From a virus (Duplodnaviria > Caudoviricetes): a DNA stretch of 64,000 nt. The stretch is from positions 1 to 64,000 of IMG/VR virus record IMGVR_UViG_650627111_000001; one strand, written 5' to 3'. Shown here in pieces: positions 28,948-39,190 of the stretch; position 1 is the first letter of the stretch, and the number at the start of each line of letters is the position of its first letter. Both the position numbers and the translations under genes were made by a program. The notes beneath the pieces are model-generated. The model did no database searches and had not been told where the DNA came from. It saw only the letters and a program-made list of their open reading frames with translations.

Positions 28948-29017
28948 TACTTGACTCTTACTCATAGGGATAATATGATGACCCTATCGTTAAGAGAAAC
29001 TCTATAGGAGAATAACT

Positions 29018-29296
29018 ATGACTAAACTTTACAACATGGATCAGCACTCTCGTGCATGTAAGATGAAATTCACCACGACATATACTTACGGTTTGGATAA
29101 GAATCCACACAGTATTGTACATACAACAGGTATCTCTGAAACATTCCAATCTCTGTCGTGGAAATCAGATTTAACCTTAGATAAAATGTTTGAACTCTTC
29201 ATTGACAATAATAGTAAATCATATACAATCATGTATTTATATGATAACGGTGATTTGATGCACACAATTCGTATTACTGTGGAGGATAACACATGA
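29018..29296 (+). CDS. Hypothetical protein
   Basis: AGGAG RBS. Confidence 0.6.
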   Translation: MTKLYNMDQHSRACKMKFTTTYTYGLDKNPHSIVHTTGISETFQSLSWKSDLTLDKMFELFIDNNSKSYTIMYLYDNGDLMHTIRITVEDNT

Positions 29297-29544
29297 AAAC
29301 AATGTCATACTCACAATTTGAACAACTATATTTTCGTGCATTGATGCAAGCACCAGATTACCGTCTTGGTCAATGTTTTATTTACTATTTTGTGAGAGAT
29401 AGTTCTACACCAGAAATGTTGCGTCTATGGAATGAGAAAGACCTTGACACTGCACGAAAGATGATTTATTCTATCATCGAACGTTACCACTGGGATATAA
29501 ACGAACTTCAAATCTTGGATGGTCGTGAACTTTACTTTGATTAA
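29293..29544 (+). CDS. Hypothetical protein
   Basis: YRLGQ.F motif, GGAGG RBS. Confidence 0.65.
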   Translation: MKTMSYSQFEQLYFRALMQAPDYRLGQCFIYYFVRDSSTPEMLRLWNEKDLDTARKMIYSIIERYHWDINELQILDGRELYFD

Positions 29545-29556
29545 GGAGAAATAACT

Positions 29557-29739
29557 ATGACTTGGGTGATTAGAAATACACTTAACCTATACTGGACTGG
29601 CAATAATCACGGGTGCGACGTTTGGAAAAGTCGTTTCACGTGTGGTGGCTGTTTTAATTCAAAATCTTATGCGGAAGAGCAAATTAAATTATATAACCTA
29701 AAAGATTGTGAAGTTGTTTATATAGATTATCGGGAGTGA
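29557..29739 (+). CDS. Hypothetical protein
   Basis: AGGAG RBS. Confidence 0.6.
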   Translation: MTWVIRNTLNLYWTGNNHGCDVWKSRFTCGGCFNSKSYAEEQIKLYNLKDCEVVYIDYRE

Positions 29740-29972
29740 CGATTATGAAATGTAATTGGTCTAATATTAGCTTAGGTTTTCGCTTCGGTACTATCGATGA
29801 TATGACGAAAGAAGCTATTGAGGTTGCAAAACTGCTTGACACAAAAGTTAATTTTGAGTTTAATGGTGTATTGGTCAATGTCTCAAAACATTCTGACGTT
29901 GAAGATGTTTGTTTTAAGACGATGGATGCTCTTAAAATTGGCAAGAAAAGTGTATATGGAAAAGGAGTATAA
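29736..29972 (+). CDS. Hypothetical protein
   Basis: V.FEFNGV motif. Confidence 0.6.
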   Translation: MTIMKCNWSNISLGFRFGTIDDMTKEAIEVAKLLDTKVNFEFNGVLVNVSKHSDVEDVCFKTMDALKIGKKSVYGKGV

Positions 29973-29974
29973 TC

Positions 29975-30157
29975 ATGTACAAAAGTAAAGATGGTAGCAA
30001 TATCTACCAATATCGTATTGTCAAAGATAAGTTTGATCGATACTGGTTTGTCGAAGAGTTCACTCACAAAATGGGAGAGGAACCTCGTGCAAAATGTCGT
30101 AATGGATGTGCATATACATCTTGGGAAGTTAAAGAGTTAGAAGGAGTATATTCCTGA
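29975..30157 (+). CDS. Hypothetical protein
   Basis: AGGAG RBS. Confidence 0.55.
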   Translation: MYKSKDGSNIYQYRIVKDKFDRYWFVEEFTHKMGEEPRAKCRNGCAYTSWEVKELEGVYS

Positions 30158-30434
30158 AGAATAGTGGGTTATTCTCTAGCAACCTGATTAAAAACATGTT
30201 ATAATTTAAATTCAGCAATCAACCTCACCAATCGTAGTAAATCCATATTCTTATTAAGTGGTGCATAATTGTTGAATTGTAACACGCACATTGCACAATA
30301 GAGATGTTGTATATTTGGGGAGTTTATCTCTCTGTTAAGGAGGAAGCCGTAAGCAGCATAATCGTTGTGATATGGCATACTCGAATATTAACTAAATCCC
30401 GATAGGGATAAATATGAAATGAGGTAATAAATAT

Positions 30435-31601
30435 ATGAACGTTGATTATGGTAATGCTTTTGGTGGCGTAAACCTTCCTCAAAACCCACAATCTGGTGGT
30501 AATGGTGGTGGTTCTAATCGTCCTCCAGTTGATTACGATAAAGTGAACACTGCAATTTTGCAAGCTCATGGCGGAGTCGGTAAGCAACTTCGCATTGGTG
30601 TTATCACTAATATCTATGACTTGGGTACACAAGCTCAGGATGAAGTAACTATGCCTGTCACTGATAAGGATTACTCAAAGCATGAATGGCGTCTTGAGAT
30701 GAAAGAGGATAACTCTGGTCAGAAAGATCCAACAGCTTCTCTTGCTAAGCGTAAAGTGAAAGGTGTCTTACAGGATGTGCTTCTATATACACCACCCCCA
30801 GTTAAGCAAATTGCAATGACTATTGACCTACCAGAGGTAATGTTTGATTACTCTGTATACAGTGGTGGTGAAGCTTCTATTAAACCATACCGTATCATCC
30901 TTGGTAAAGAAGGTTTCATCCCTAAAGGTAAGGTTGAATTAGCTGGCACATACAATCTGATTGCTAAACCATTTAAGCTTTCACACACTAATGTGAACCG
31001 TGGTATTGAAGGTGCTAAACCTCACTATGCTATGGCTAAGATTAGTCAGATTTATAAGCTTGCTGATTGGGTTGGTGTTCTCGGTGCTGATGAGAATTTC
31101 CATGCTCAAGAAGTTGGAAAGTTGATCGGTAAGGCTGTCATGGTTGAGGTTGAAGTTCAGCAGCAGAAATGGCAAGCTAAGGATGGAAGTGGTGAGCGTA
31201 GTAAGCTTGTTGTAGATGCTAAACTAGCAAGCAAACTTGGTCCTCGTGATGTACCATTCTACGAGTCAGAATTGAAACCTAAACTTACACAAGATTTGTT
31301 TGGATTCGTGCGTTTCGATGCTGAGAACGATGAAGAAACCTTGAAGAAGATTAATGCTGCAGTTATCAACACAATGAAGCTCTCTCCAGAGTTCGAATCT
31401 AGTGTGCTTAAATCGCAGCTAGAGAAGCTTGGAAAGCTAGGAGATAGCTCTGCACCAGTTGTGAATAACTCACCGCAGAAAGCTTCTCAGGTAGCTTATA
31501 CACCACCGCCTCAAGAGAGTGTTACTCCTGTAGAACATGAGGTACAAGCTCCGGTGTATAATGAGCAGGGTATCGACTTAGATGACTCAATTCCCTTTTA
31601 G
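30435..31601 (+). CDS. Putative single-stranded DNA-binding protein
   Basis: DLGTQ motif, low-complexity linker, SSB-like acidic tail DLDDSIPF. Confidence 0.7.
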   Translation: MNVDYGNAFGGVNLPQNPQSGGNGGGSNRPPVDYDKVNTAILQAHGGVGKQLRIGVITNIYDLGTQAQDEVTMPVTDKDYSKHEWRLEMKEDNSGQKDPTASLAKRKVKGVLQDVLLYTPPPVKQIAMTIDLPEVMFDYSVYSGGEASIKPYRIILGKEGFIPKGKVELAGTYNLIAKPFKLSHTNVNRGIEGAKPHYAMAKISQIYKLADWVGVLGADENFHAQEVGKLIGKAVMVEVEVQQQKWQAKDGSGERSKLVVDAKLASKLGPRDVPFYESELKPKLTQDLFGFVRFDAENDEETLKKINAAVINTMKLSPEFESSVLKSQLEKLGKLGDSSAPVVNNSPQKASQVAYTPPPQESVTPVEHEVQAPVYNEQGIDLDDSIPF

Positions 31602-31635
31602 TCAAGTGATTGATTTATAAGAAGTTTTAATAGCT

Positions 31636-31705
31636 AACCCGCCATTGTGCGGGTTTATTGTTTGTATCGATAAAAGAAAACCCACTCCGAAGAGTGGGAA
31701 TTTTC
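31636..31705. terminator. Back-to-back terminators
   Basis: CCCGC/GCGGG plus T-tract (+), and CCCACTC/GAGTGGG (-). Confidence 0.75.
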
Positions 31706-31711
31706 ATATAA

Positions 31712-32125
31712 TTAAGGTCTTACTGGACGACTCTCTCCACAGATAGATGGTACACCATTCTCATCTGTAGTAGTATAATCACGAAGCTGTCTTGCGTATA
31801 ACTTCCATGCATCCAGAGTCGATGTTGCACGTTGGTCATCAGTCCAATGATACATCAGTTCAACCTGAATATTATTCAATTCGGAAGTAACCCATGCATG
31901 CTCTTCTTTACTTTTTGCTAAAATAATTTCTTCGACTGATGGTTGTGGGATGTCTTCCAGCACAAAAGGGTAGGAGTTTTTAACTCGCCGCTTCCCGCTC
32001 GGTATATTATTCCCTAAATAAATGTCCACCTCTTCCTTAGTTATATTAACAAGATCACTCGGTAGGTTTTGATAATTTAATTCACTTAGATAGATATAAT
32101 CGGTTGTTTCACTATATTTGTACAT
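31712..32125 (-). CDS. Tail fibre assembly protein
   Basis: W..Y...LRD...RP C-terminus; follows the fibre gene. Confidence 0.75.
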   Translation of the reverse strand: MYKYSETTDYIYLSELNYQNLPSDLVNITKEEVDIYLGNNIPSGKRRVKNSYPFVLEDIPQPSVEEIILAKSKEEHAWVTSELNNIQVELMYHWTDDQRATSTLDAWKLYARQLRDYTTTDENGVPSICGESRPVRP

Positions 32126-32126
32126 T

Positions 32127-33194
32127 TTAATAACCTATCGCAAATATTCTTACTTTAGCTTGTATTGTACCCCAGTTGTATACGTTAACTCCATTAACAG
32201 TAGGGTTACCTGTGGCCATCGACGAAGAGGCCGCGTTTGCTCCCAGACCTAGTGGTGAAGCTACGCAGTTGAAAACCGCATTAGGGAACGGGGTAATCCA
32301 TGGTACAGTTGCACTACCCCCATTGGTAATTGGTCCGAAGGTTACGTTTTGTATGATTACCCTCTTCCCCCCAAGAGTCATATTTGTGATGATAAAGCCG
32401 TTTTCTTGAGGAAGACCCTCGATCTCAAAAAATCCAAGCGAAGACGGTAGAGCAAGATCACCTTTTTCTTGAACGAAACCAACCGTAGCAGTCACAAAAA
32501 AACTAAACACTTTCGTAATACCAAGCTCGGCAAGAATTGCATTGTTAACCTGCACTTTTAGAGTTGTGGTATTTGGCTTTGTGACAACCACACCCGTTCC
32601 GTTGTGTTTAACAAAGTGCCGCGAACCATCTTGACCAACGATATAGACCGGAACTTTGGTGACATCAATAAGGGACAACTGCTCAACAGTGAACGTGAAT
32701 AGTTTGTAGATTCCTTGAGAAAATACAAGACCATCATTATCAAGCGAAATAACCCCACCTGTGGTGAAGTTTCCAATAGACCACTCGTCATCAGCACCAT
32801 ATACAGTACCCCCAGAACCACTGGTAGCTGGTACTCCTGCAGGTGATGGTAGTTGAGTTATGTGGTTTCTTGTGAAGAAACCGTTCCAGTCATCGTTTAG
32901 GGGGGTGACTTCATATACTTTTTGTACCCATACCGAATCATCAACCTTAGTTACAGGGTTGGTACTGTTCCCGTAATCACTACCTGTGTTTACGACCGCA
33001 GTATACCAAATATTATCACTACCCTTTACTTCACTTCCAGCTAAATAGTTACCTTCAGCAAGCCAACGTGCATTGCTCATACTAGCAGCAACTACATCTC
33101 GTTTCTGTAAGTAGTTGATACCTTGGTGACGAATAATAAACTCATCATCTTTTTCATTACTATTCTCTGGTGTAATATTTGACCAGTTTGCCAT
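32127..33194 (-). CDS. Tail fibre protein
   Basis: C-terminal gp53-like domain ending FAIGY; position in tail module. Confidence 0.75.
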   Translation of the reverse strand: MANWSNITPENSNEKDDEFIIRHQGINYLQKRDVVAASMSNARWLAEGNYLAGSEVKGSDNIWYTAVVNTGSDYGNSTNPVTKVDDSVWVQKVYEVTPLNDDWNGFFTRNHITQLPSPAGVPATSGSGGTVYGADDEWSIGNFTTGGVISLDNDGLVFSQGIYKLFTFTVEQLSLIDVTKVPVYIVGQDGSRHFVKHNGTGVVVTKPNTTTLKVQVNNAILAELGITKVFSFFVTATVGFVQEKGDLALPSSLGFFEIEGLPQENGFIITNMTLGGKRVIIQNVTFGPITNGGSATVPWITPFPNAVFNCVASPLGLGANAASSSMATGNPTVNGVNVYNWGTIQAKVRIFAIGY

Positions 33195-33195
33195 T

Positions 33196-33558
33196 TTATC
33201 GTTTCCTCATAATAGGGGTGGTACCTGCTGGTGCACCAACTGTTTTATTTGGCATAGTACCACCATATATTTCAAATAGTTCTGGAGCTTCTTCTTGTGT
33301 AAAAGTCCTACCATCTGCGATAATACTTACACTATTCACTGGGATACTAGAATCTTGGTAGTAGATACATGTTGGGGATGGCGGGGCATAGTTTGTAAGC
33401 AGTTTAAAAAGTTGATTAACTTGTTGAGTACTTACAGTCTGCTGTCTCTGCCAACCATTAATAAACTCTTCATCTACTAAAGGGCGTACCTGCTCTATTT
33501 CTGTGACATCATCTACTTTAGGGATTTGACACCATTCTTTTAAATCTTGTATTGCCAT
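33196..33558 (-). CDS. Tail fibre connector/collar-like protein
   Basis: GW...N.LF; ADG.TF....PELF..YG..MP collar motif. Confidence 0.6.
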   Translation of the reverse strand: MAIQDLKEWCQIPKVDDVTEIEQVRPLVDEEFINGWQRQQTVSTQQVNQLFKLLTNYAPPSPTCIYYQDSSIPVNSVSIIADGRTFTQEEAPELFEIYGGTMPNKTVGAPAGTTPIMRKR

Positions 33559-33560
33559 AG

Positions 33561-34412
33561 TTATACTAATGGAAGAGCATCTTTACTGTTCTTCCAAACC
33601 TCCCATGTAAGTGGTAAAATATTATCAGGTAAATAGTCTTCTAAATAAGGTGTTACAACCCTTAACCTTTTTTCAGGTAATGGTGTTTCTAGGTATAAAG
33701 GTTCCCAATTTATACCATCTAAAGTAATTTGTAAGAAAGGTGGTTCTTCATAATAGAAAGAATTTCTACCTTCTACTAAAGATTTAGGGTAGTATGTCAA
33801 CTCAGTACCAAGGTTTATAAACAGTGGTTCAAAATTAACACCATCAAGAGTTACAAATAAGTTTTCAAACGTAAGACCATCAAGAGTAACAGCTAAACTT
33901 TCTAAAGCTGGTAATGTCTCTTCGTAAGCCAGTCTAAAACTATTTTTGAAGATGTCTGAATGAATAATGAATCTCGTACCACAAGCTTTTATTGATTGAA
34001 CCAACTCATATAATTCTTTTGAAATATTCTTATCACCGTCAAGATATAAGGTTGCAAAAGCAACCCCCTCTTCAGCAATATAAACTTCAACACTATTTGT
34101 AAACTCTTTTACAAGAGATAATATCGTATTCCTAGTTGCGTTAGATGTATTTTTTGAGATAGTGAAGCGAATCTTTTCACGATACTTGATATCCATCAGA
34201 CCATCTCTAGATACACCAAATATCTCTCCTAAGTAGTCTAACCAAACACCTTCGCTGCCATCTATACTTCGTACATCAGATAGTTTTACAAACTCTTCTT
34301 CATATTCAGACAATGATTTCAACAACACCATCAATAGTGCTTTGATACCATCCTTATCTAAATCCGAAGTTAGCCTTTCTAAACCTCTTCCGATTTTATC
34401 TAAACTAATCAT
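33561..34412 (-). CDS. Baseplate protein (DUF2612-like)
   Basis: ID..EG.WLD.LG...G..R....D..YR. Confidence 0.75.
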   Translation of the reverse strand: MISLDKIGRGLERLTSDLDKDGIKALLMVLLKSLSEYEEEFVKLSDVRSIDGSEGVWLDYLGEIFGVSRDGLMDIKYREKIRFTISKNTSNATRNTILSLVKEFTNSVEVYIAEEGVAFATLYLDGDKNISKELYELVQSIKACGTRFIIHSDIFKNSFRLAYEETLPALESLAVTLDGLTFENLFVTLDGVNFEPLFINLGTELTYYPKSLVEGRNSFYYEEPPFLQITLDGINWEPLYLETPLPEKRLRVVTPYLEDYLPDNILPLTWEVWKNSKDALPLV

Positions 34413-35830
34413 ACGAACACCACACGATCTTCACTGAATTCAAGATTCTCTACATCACTGATAGGGATGACTGCTGTTGTGTAGGATGGTGTTCCACTGG
34501 ACGTTGAGGTAACTGCAATCTCGATATTAGAGAAGAACACCCCTGAAACATCTGTATACAAAGCCTTATAAAGCTTAGTATTTACAAAATCTTCCCCACT
34601 GTAACGTGTACTACCATAATTTACAATGGATTGTTTTATTGCAGTTTGTACCTGAGAAGGTATGACCTCTTCATCATTCAGTGTGTAGGTTACACGTACC
34701 CATGCATATTTGATGGGATTACGAGAGAACCTAATAGCTACTTCATTACCTTCACTATCCTCTACAATACGGAGTATATCCCCTCCGGTTTTTATTGTAG
34801 TAGCTTTTGTATTGAATATTGTCTCCGCAATCTTTTGCTCATCTCCACCAGATACATAAGCTATGAAACCTTTTTCAGGGATTCCATTAACAGGGAAAAC
34901 TTCTTCATTCTCCACAATAGAAGCTGCAGTCACCCCGACAATATTACGTAAACTAGCTTCGATAGCAGGTTTTGTTGCAGTACCTGTATTTGATTTCTGG
35001 GTTCTAATACGTAACCTAAACTCTTCGTCATCTTCTCGGAAGCGACCTAAAGTGAAGTCTGAAGGGTTAATTACAGAATTAACTCCGATAGCAACACCGA
35101 CTAAAGTATCAATACTTTCGGCTGGGAAAGATAAAGCGCCTGTCGTTGCAGATTCGGCTTTACACAACGCACCTACAGAAGTGGTGAAAATATTAGGGGA
35201 TGTATTAAATGTTAAATTATTATTTTTAACATTATTAGTAATAGTGATCGTTTCATTAGCTACTGAAGAGGTAACACCTTTACCATTGATAACCAAGGAT
35301 AAGTTTTCGAGGATGTTGGTTTTTGTATCGCCACCAGTGGCTGTATAAGAGTAAGAAACTCCTTCAATCTCTATACGGTAATCATCACCTACAACAACAG
35401 AAGAAACCTTTAAATCAATTGTATAACACGCTGTTGACGTGATAGTTACACTTTCTGTAGTTAGTACGTTTCGATTAATACCGTCTTTTACAGGGAAGTT
35501 AATTGGAACTACTGAAGCGTTGTTACCTTTAAATAAAAGCTCTCCAGTACTACCAGAAGCTCTTAATCGTCGTAATCCAAACCCTTCCCCAATATAATCT
35601 AAATACACACCTTGAGCTTTACTAAGGCGTATATTGTCTGTTAGTACCTGACCAACATCATAGTTATCTGCTACTTCAGCAGCAAAGATATTTAGTATTT
35701 GACCAACGACACTATCTGGGGTTGACGGTATTTTCTTGCCAGTTTCTAACTCTAATTCTTCTACTAGTTCATCTCTTATCACAGAGAATGGTTTACTCAA
35801 CCAACCCTGTGGGGTTACACCATATGACAT
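34409..35830 (-). CDS. Baseplate J-like wedge protein
   Basis: A.G..LD..G, G...E.DEEFR.R. Confidence 0.9.
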   Translation of the reverse strand: MSYGVTPQGWLSKPFSVIRDELVEELELETGKKIPSTPDSVVGQILNIFAAEVADNYDVGQVLTDNIRLSKAQGVYLDYIGEGFGLRRLRASGSTGELLFKGNNASVVPINFPVKDGINRNVLTTESVTITSTACYTIDLKVSSVVVGDDYRIEIEGVSYSYTATGGDTKTNILENLSLVINGKGVTSSVANETITITNNVKNNNLTFNTSPNIFTTSVGALCKAESATTGALSFPAESIDTLVGVAIGVNSVINPSDFTLGRFREDDEEFRLRIRTQKSNTGTATKPAIEASLRNIVGVTAASIVENEEVFPVNGIPEKGFIAYVSGGDEQKIAETIFNTKATTIKTGGDILRIVEDSEGNEVAIRFSRNPIKYAWVRVTYTLNDEEVIPSQVQTAIKQSIVNYGSTRYSGEDFVNTKLYKALYTDVSGVFFSNIEIAVTSTSSGTPSYTTAVIPISDVENLEFSEDRVVFV

Positions 35831-35840
35831 TCTTCCATCC

Positions 35841-36245
35841 TTATAAATCTACATTATAGGCTGGTAAGGTAACCACCACTCCAGCTATTGTTTCTATTGT
35901 TGCTGTGTACTGAAATACACGAGAACTTTTATTAAATTCAAACTTACTGTCTGCACTCTTCACATAAGGTAGTGATTCAGTGTACGTGTCTAACGTATAT
36001 TTGATGAAGTTCTCTGGATTAGGGAAAGTATTATCACCTAACATATATCTCAAACCTTGATATTGATTTGAGGATTCATCTTTAATCCAAGGAAGCCCAT
36101 AGTTATAGTGACTGAAAAATTCACCTAAGTTTAAAGACCAAGCTAATCTCAATCTTTGTACGTACTCTTCTTTCTCAGAAGTGAAACGTACTTCCTCTCC
36201 CCAATCAATATCTCCGGTAAGAGGATCTAAATATATATCTGCCAT
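35841..36245 (-). CDS. Baseplate wedge/sheath initiator (gp25-like)
   Basis: QRL......GEFF.....GLPW. Confidence 0.75.
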   Translation of the reverse strand: MADIYLDPLTGDIDWGEEVRFTSEKEEYVQRLRLAWSLNLGEFFSHYNYGLPWIKDESSNQYQGLRYMLGDNTFPNPENFIKYTLDTYTESLPYVKSADSKFEFNKSSRVFQYTATIETIAGVVVTLPAYNVDL

Positions 36246-36254
36246 AAAACCCTC

Positions 36255-37028
36255 TTATTTCATCGGACCAACATCGCCACCTTCAGGGTTGGTATGTTTA
36301 TGACCAAGAACTTCGATACCATTAATCGTAACGCTTGTTTGTGCTGTGATAGTTCCAATAGTCATACTCCCTGCACCACCATAACCAGAGTAAGTTGGTG
36401 AGAACATACCAGCTTTAGAAGTTATTGTACCATCTACCGTTGCATTCTGCTTCACTGTAAGGTTACCTTCAACCTCAACATCATTTTTGAATGTATGTTT
36501 TTGTGCTTGATAAGTTCCAGTACCAGATGTGGTGATAGTGTAATCCCCTTGTGGAGTCACTGTCATTGTGAATGCTCCATTGGTAACAATTAAGTTTTCC
36601 AATGATGGTTGGTTGTTACTCTTTCTCGTACCAAAACCTAATTCTGCATAACAATCTTCTAACTCTCCAATCTCAGCAGCTTTCTGTGTGACTTGCTCGC
36701 CATTCCCCGCAAGGAACTGGTTTAAATCTTTAGAGGAGAAATGTAATATGACCAGATCATCTACACTACAGGGAAGTTTTACAACCCAAGGTCCAAACTT
36801 TGGTAAACGAACGAATACCTTGTTCAACTTCACAGCGCGAAGATCTTCACCACCCTTCCATGTGTAAATATCTTTAATCATGAACTCTACAGCAACACAC
36901 TGTTCTGATTCATAATCACGAGTGGACGTGATCCTAGCTGGGATACCATCTTTCCACTCCAAATATCTCTTTTTATACTCTTCGGTATAACCCTCTGTTA
37001 AGGACATATCTAAGAAACTAAAATTCAT
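36255..37028 (-). CDS. Baseplate spike (gp138-like)
   Basis: OB-fold N-terminus, beta-helix repeats, HKH iron-binding tip. Confidence 0.85.
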   Translation of the reverse strand: MNFSFLDMSLTEGYTEEYKKRYLEWKDGIPARITSTRDYESEQCVAVEFMIKDIYTWKGGEDLRAVKLNKVFVRLPKFGPWVVKLPCSVDDLVILHFSSKDLNQFLAGNGEQVTQKAAEIGELEDCYAELGFGTRKSNNQPSLENLIVTNGAFTMTVTPQGDYTITTSGTGTYQAQKHTFKNDVEVEGNLTVKQNATVDGTITSKAGMFSPTYSGYGGAGSMTIGTITAQTSVTINGIEVLGHKHTNPEGGDVGPMK

Positions 37029-37031
37029 ATG

Positions 37032-38045
37032 TCACACCTTCTTGCATCGTAGTACACTATCCCAACCTGAACTTGGTAAGCTACTTGCTACTATACGCCG
37101 CCCTGTAACTTGATATGTACCGACATATTTATCTGTGTATTTTGAATCAGGTATAGTGACAAATTGACCTACTTCAACAGGAACGTACATACACGATAAA
37201 TCAATCTCAGTTATTGGATCACTACGTTTTCTATCTTTAGATTTCGCAATATTAATACTTTTGATTGACTCAAGAGGTATGTTATAATTTGTTCTCATAA
37301 ACGTATCGAAGTTTGCACCAAGCAAGCGATATGGTGTAATGACAAGCTTACCATTCATATGGACATAAGATAGATTGTTACGAGCCATAATGTTGTCGAA
37401 ATTAGTTACCAGCTTGCCAGTAAAACCCCTACCTCCACTTTTGTATCTACCTGTGAGATCATCCAACCCATAAGTACCTAGTGCTGTAGATGGGAAGCGA
37501 GTTGCCATATCTTTTATAATATCAGCTTCCGATACCGTTTCATCATAATACAAAGTAGCACCAGTGTTTTTGAAATCATCCCCACCACTTGTCATACGAA
37601 TAGAGAATGTTCTATCTGCACCATTATCAGTTACTTCAACATCTTCAATAACACCAGAATATGCAGGAAGAACTTGCTGACTATACCCTAACTCTACAAT
37701 AACTAGACAACCTTCAAGGTCTAAAATCTTTTCTAATTCTTCATTGACGTTATATAAAGTTAAAGTGGAAACTTCTTTACTTGCACTATCAGGCGCTAGT
37801 TGTTGTGTAGTATCTAATGAGAAATGAAAACCTCTTCGATCATTTCCATCAGACATTAAATTGGACATTACCACTGCATTAGATGGGACTTTTGTATAAT
37901 CACTTTCTTTTATTGGGCGACGAATTGATTCAGGTACAATATTTAAATCGGAGGCATCGAAATTTAATTTACTCACCTCTCTTGTACCAATTGTGAGTCT
38001 ATAAGACTTTTCCCAATTTTCCACCCAAGGGAGGTTAGTTGCCAT
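37032..38045 (-). CDS. Baseplate hub protein
   Basis: LTLYN....L...GY motif; synteny. Confidence 0.7.
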   Translation of the reverse strand: MATNLPWVENWEKSYRLTIGTREVSKLNFDASDLNIVPESIRRPIKESDYTKVPSNAVVMSNLMSDGNDRRGFHFSLDTTQQLAPDSASKEVSTLTLYNVNEELEKILDLEGCLVIVELGYSQQVLPAYSGVIEDVEVTDNGADRTFSIRMTSGGDDFKNTGATLYYDETVSEADIIKDMATRFPSTALGTYGLDDLTGRYKSGGRGFTGKLVTNFDNIMARNNLSYVHMNGKLVITPYRLLGANFDTFMRTNYNIPLESIKSINIAKSKDRKRSDPITEIDLSCMYVPVEVGQFVTIPDSKYTDKYVGTYQVTGRRIVASSLPSSGWDSVLRCKKV

Positions 38046-38473
38046 TAACTTACTCCAAATAATTCCTGATTTAATTCATCAAATTCTGTCTTAGAGAAGT
38101 ATTTGAGTTGATACCTACGTTCTTCTCCAAAGTTATATTTAGTAACTTCCTTATCACCGTTACCTTCTGTATCAAAAGCAACTAATGCTCCTGTAGGAAT
38201 GTTTAAATAATAGAAGTTTTCAAATATGTTCTGATTGTGCATCAACTTTTGACTTGCTAGTATGATAGAGTTCTCAGATAAACCTTCTTGTTGATATAAA
38301 TCTTTATCTGCTAAAGTAACCATCCAACCGGAGTTGTTTGCTCCACGAATAAGTGCTGAATCATTCCAACGAATGTTTAAAATATAAACCACACCGTCAA
38401 AGGTAAAATCACGTGTTTGGTTGTAGATATCTCCATCTACACGAATATTAGTTGCCACCAGATTCCTCCCCAA
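38045..38473 (-). CDS. Baseplate plug-type virion protein
   Basis: FDG..Y.L.IRWN; synteny. Confidence 0.65.
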   Translation of the reverse strand: MGRNLVATNIRVDGDIYNQTRDFTFDGVVYILNIRWNDSALIRGANNSGWMVTLADKDLYQQEGLSENSIILASQKLMHNQNIFENFYYLNIPTGALVAFDTEGNGDKEVTKYNFGEERRYQLKYFSKTEFDELNQELFGVS

Positions 38474-39062
38474 ACCCTAAAAGGTTCTTGACAGCTTTCG
38501 GTCCATCCTCTTTAATAGCAAGAGCTATAGTACGTCTATCTTCTTCTTTTGTAGTAGATGTACCACCTGAACCAACAGGGGTTTCACCTGAAATTTGACC
38601 AGATGCTTGAGGGGATGGTTGTGGTGCGAGGAATGTCGTTGTTGCAGCTTTACTTACAAACACTTCTTCGATAGTCATATTTACTTCGATAGTGTCTAGA
38701 TATTGTTCAACCTTAACACTTCGGCTAGATATGACACAGTTTTTAATATTATCTAACAACGGAAACACACCAGAATCTACCATCAAAGTAAATCTTTCGT
38801 GGTTTCGTTCAACACTCTCAATCAATCTTTGGAATTGTACTGGAGTTGGTGTACCTGTTTGTTGTTGTCTAACACTTTTAGTGTGAGTAACTAACCCATT
38901 GATATTGACAATCTTATTACCTTCACTGTAGCCATCAGAACGATTCCTACCATCCATCATACTATAACTAGCTACAGTGTTACTCTTATTTACTTCAACC
39001 GCAGAGGTTGCATCAAGGCAGATTAAATCTCCACCTGATGATTGAAAATATACATATGACAT
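38448..39062 (-). CDS. Dit-like tube initiator/baseplate protein
   Basis: LDAT.......V..Y..DG...SD; synteny. Confidence 0.7.
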   Translation of the reverse strand: MSYVYFQSSGGDLICLDATSAVEVNKSNTVASYSMMDGRNRSDGYSEGNKIVNINGLVTHTKSVRQQQTGTPTPVQFQRLIESVERNHERFTLMVDSGVFPLLDNIKNCVISSRSVKVEQYLDTIEVNMTIEEVFVSKAATTTFLAPQPSPQASGQISGETPVGSGGTSTTKEEDRRTIALAIKEDGPKAVKNLLGFGEESGGN

Positions 39063-39091
39063 AATGCAACCTAGTTGTAACCATTAAATAT

Positions 39092-39133
39092 TCTTCATGT
39101 AGTAATTATAACAGAAATGCGAATTCTTATCAA
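39092..39133 (-). promoter_or_regulatory. Structural-gene promoter
   Basis: TTGATA-17-TATAAT with extended TG; TGTTATAATTACTACATGAAGAA is identical to 47744-47766. Confidence 0.7.
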
Positions 39134-39151
39134 TTTGATTTAGGTTTATAA

Positions 39152-39180
39152 AATAAACCCCGCACAAGGCGGGGAATAGT
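39152..39180 (-). terminator. Terminator after the tape-measure gene
   Basis: CCCCGC/GCGGGG stem plus T-tract. Confidence 0.75.
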
Positions 39181-39190
39181 TTTAATCATA

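Noticed and set aside
22566-35348. Many antisense ORFs over the primase, polymerase and baseplate genes
   Set aside because: Shadow frames of well-supported genes, lacking RBS and motifs
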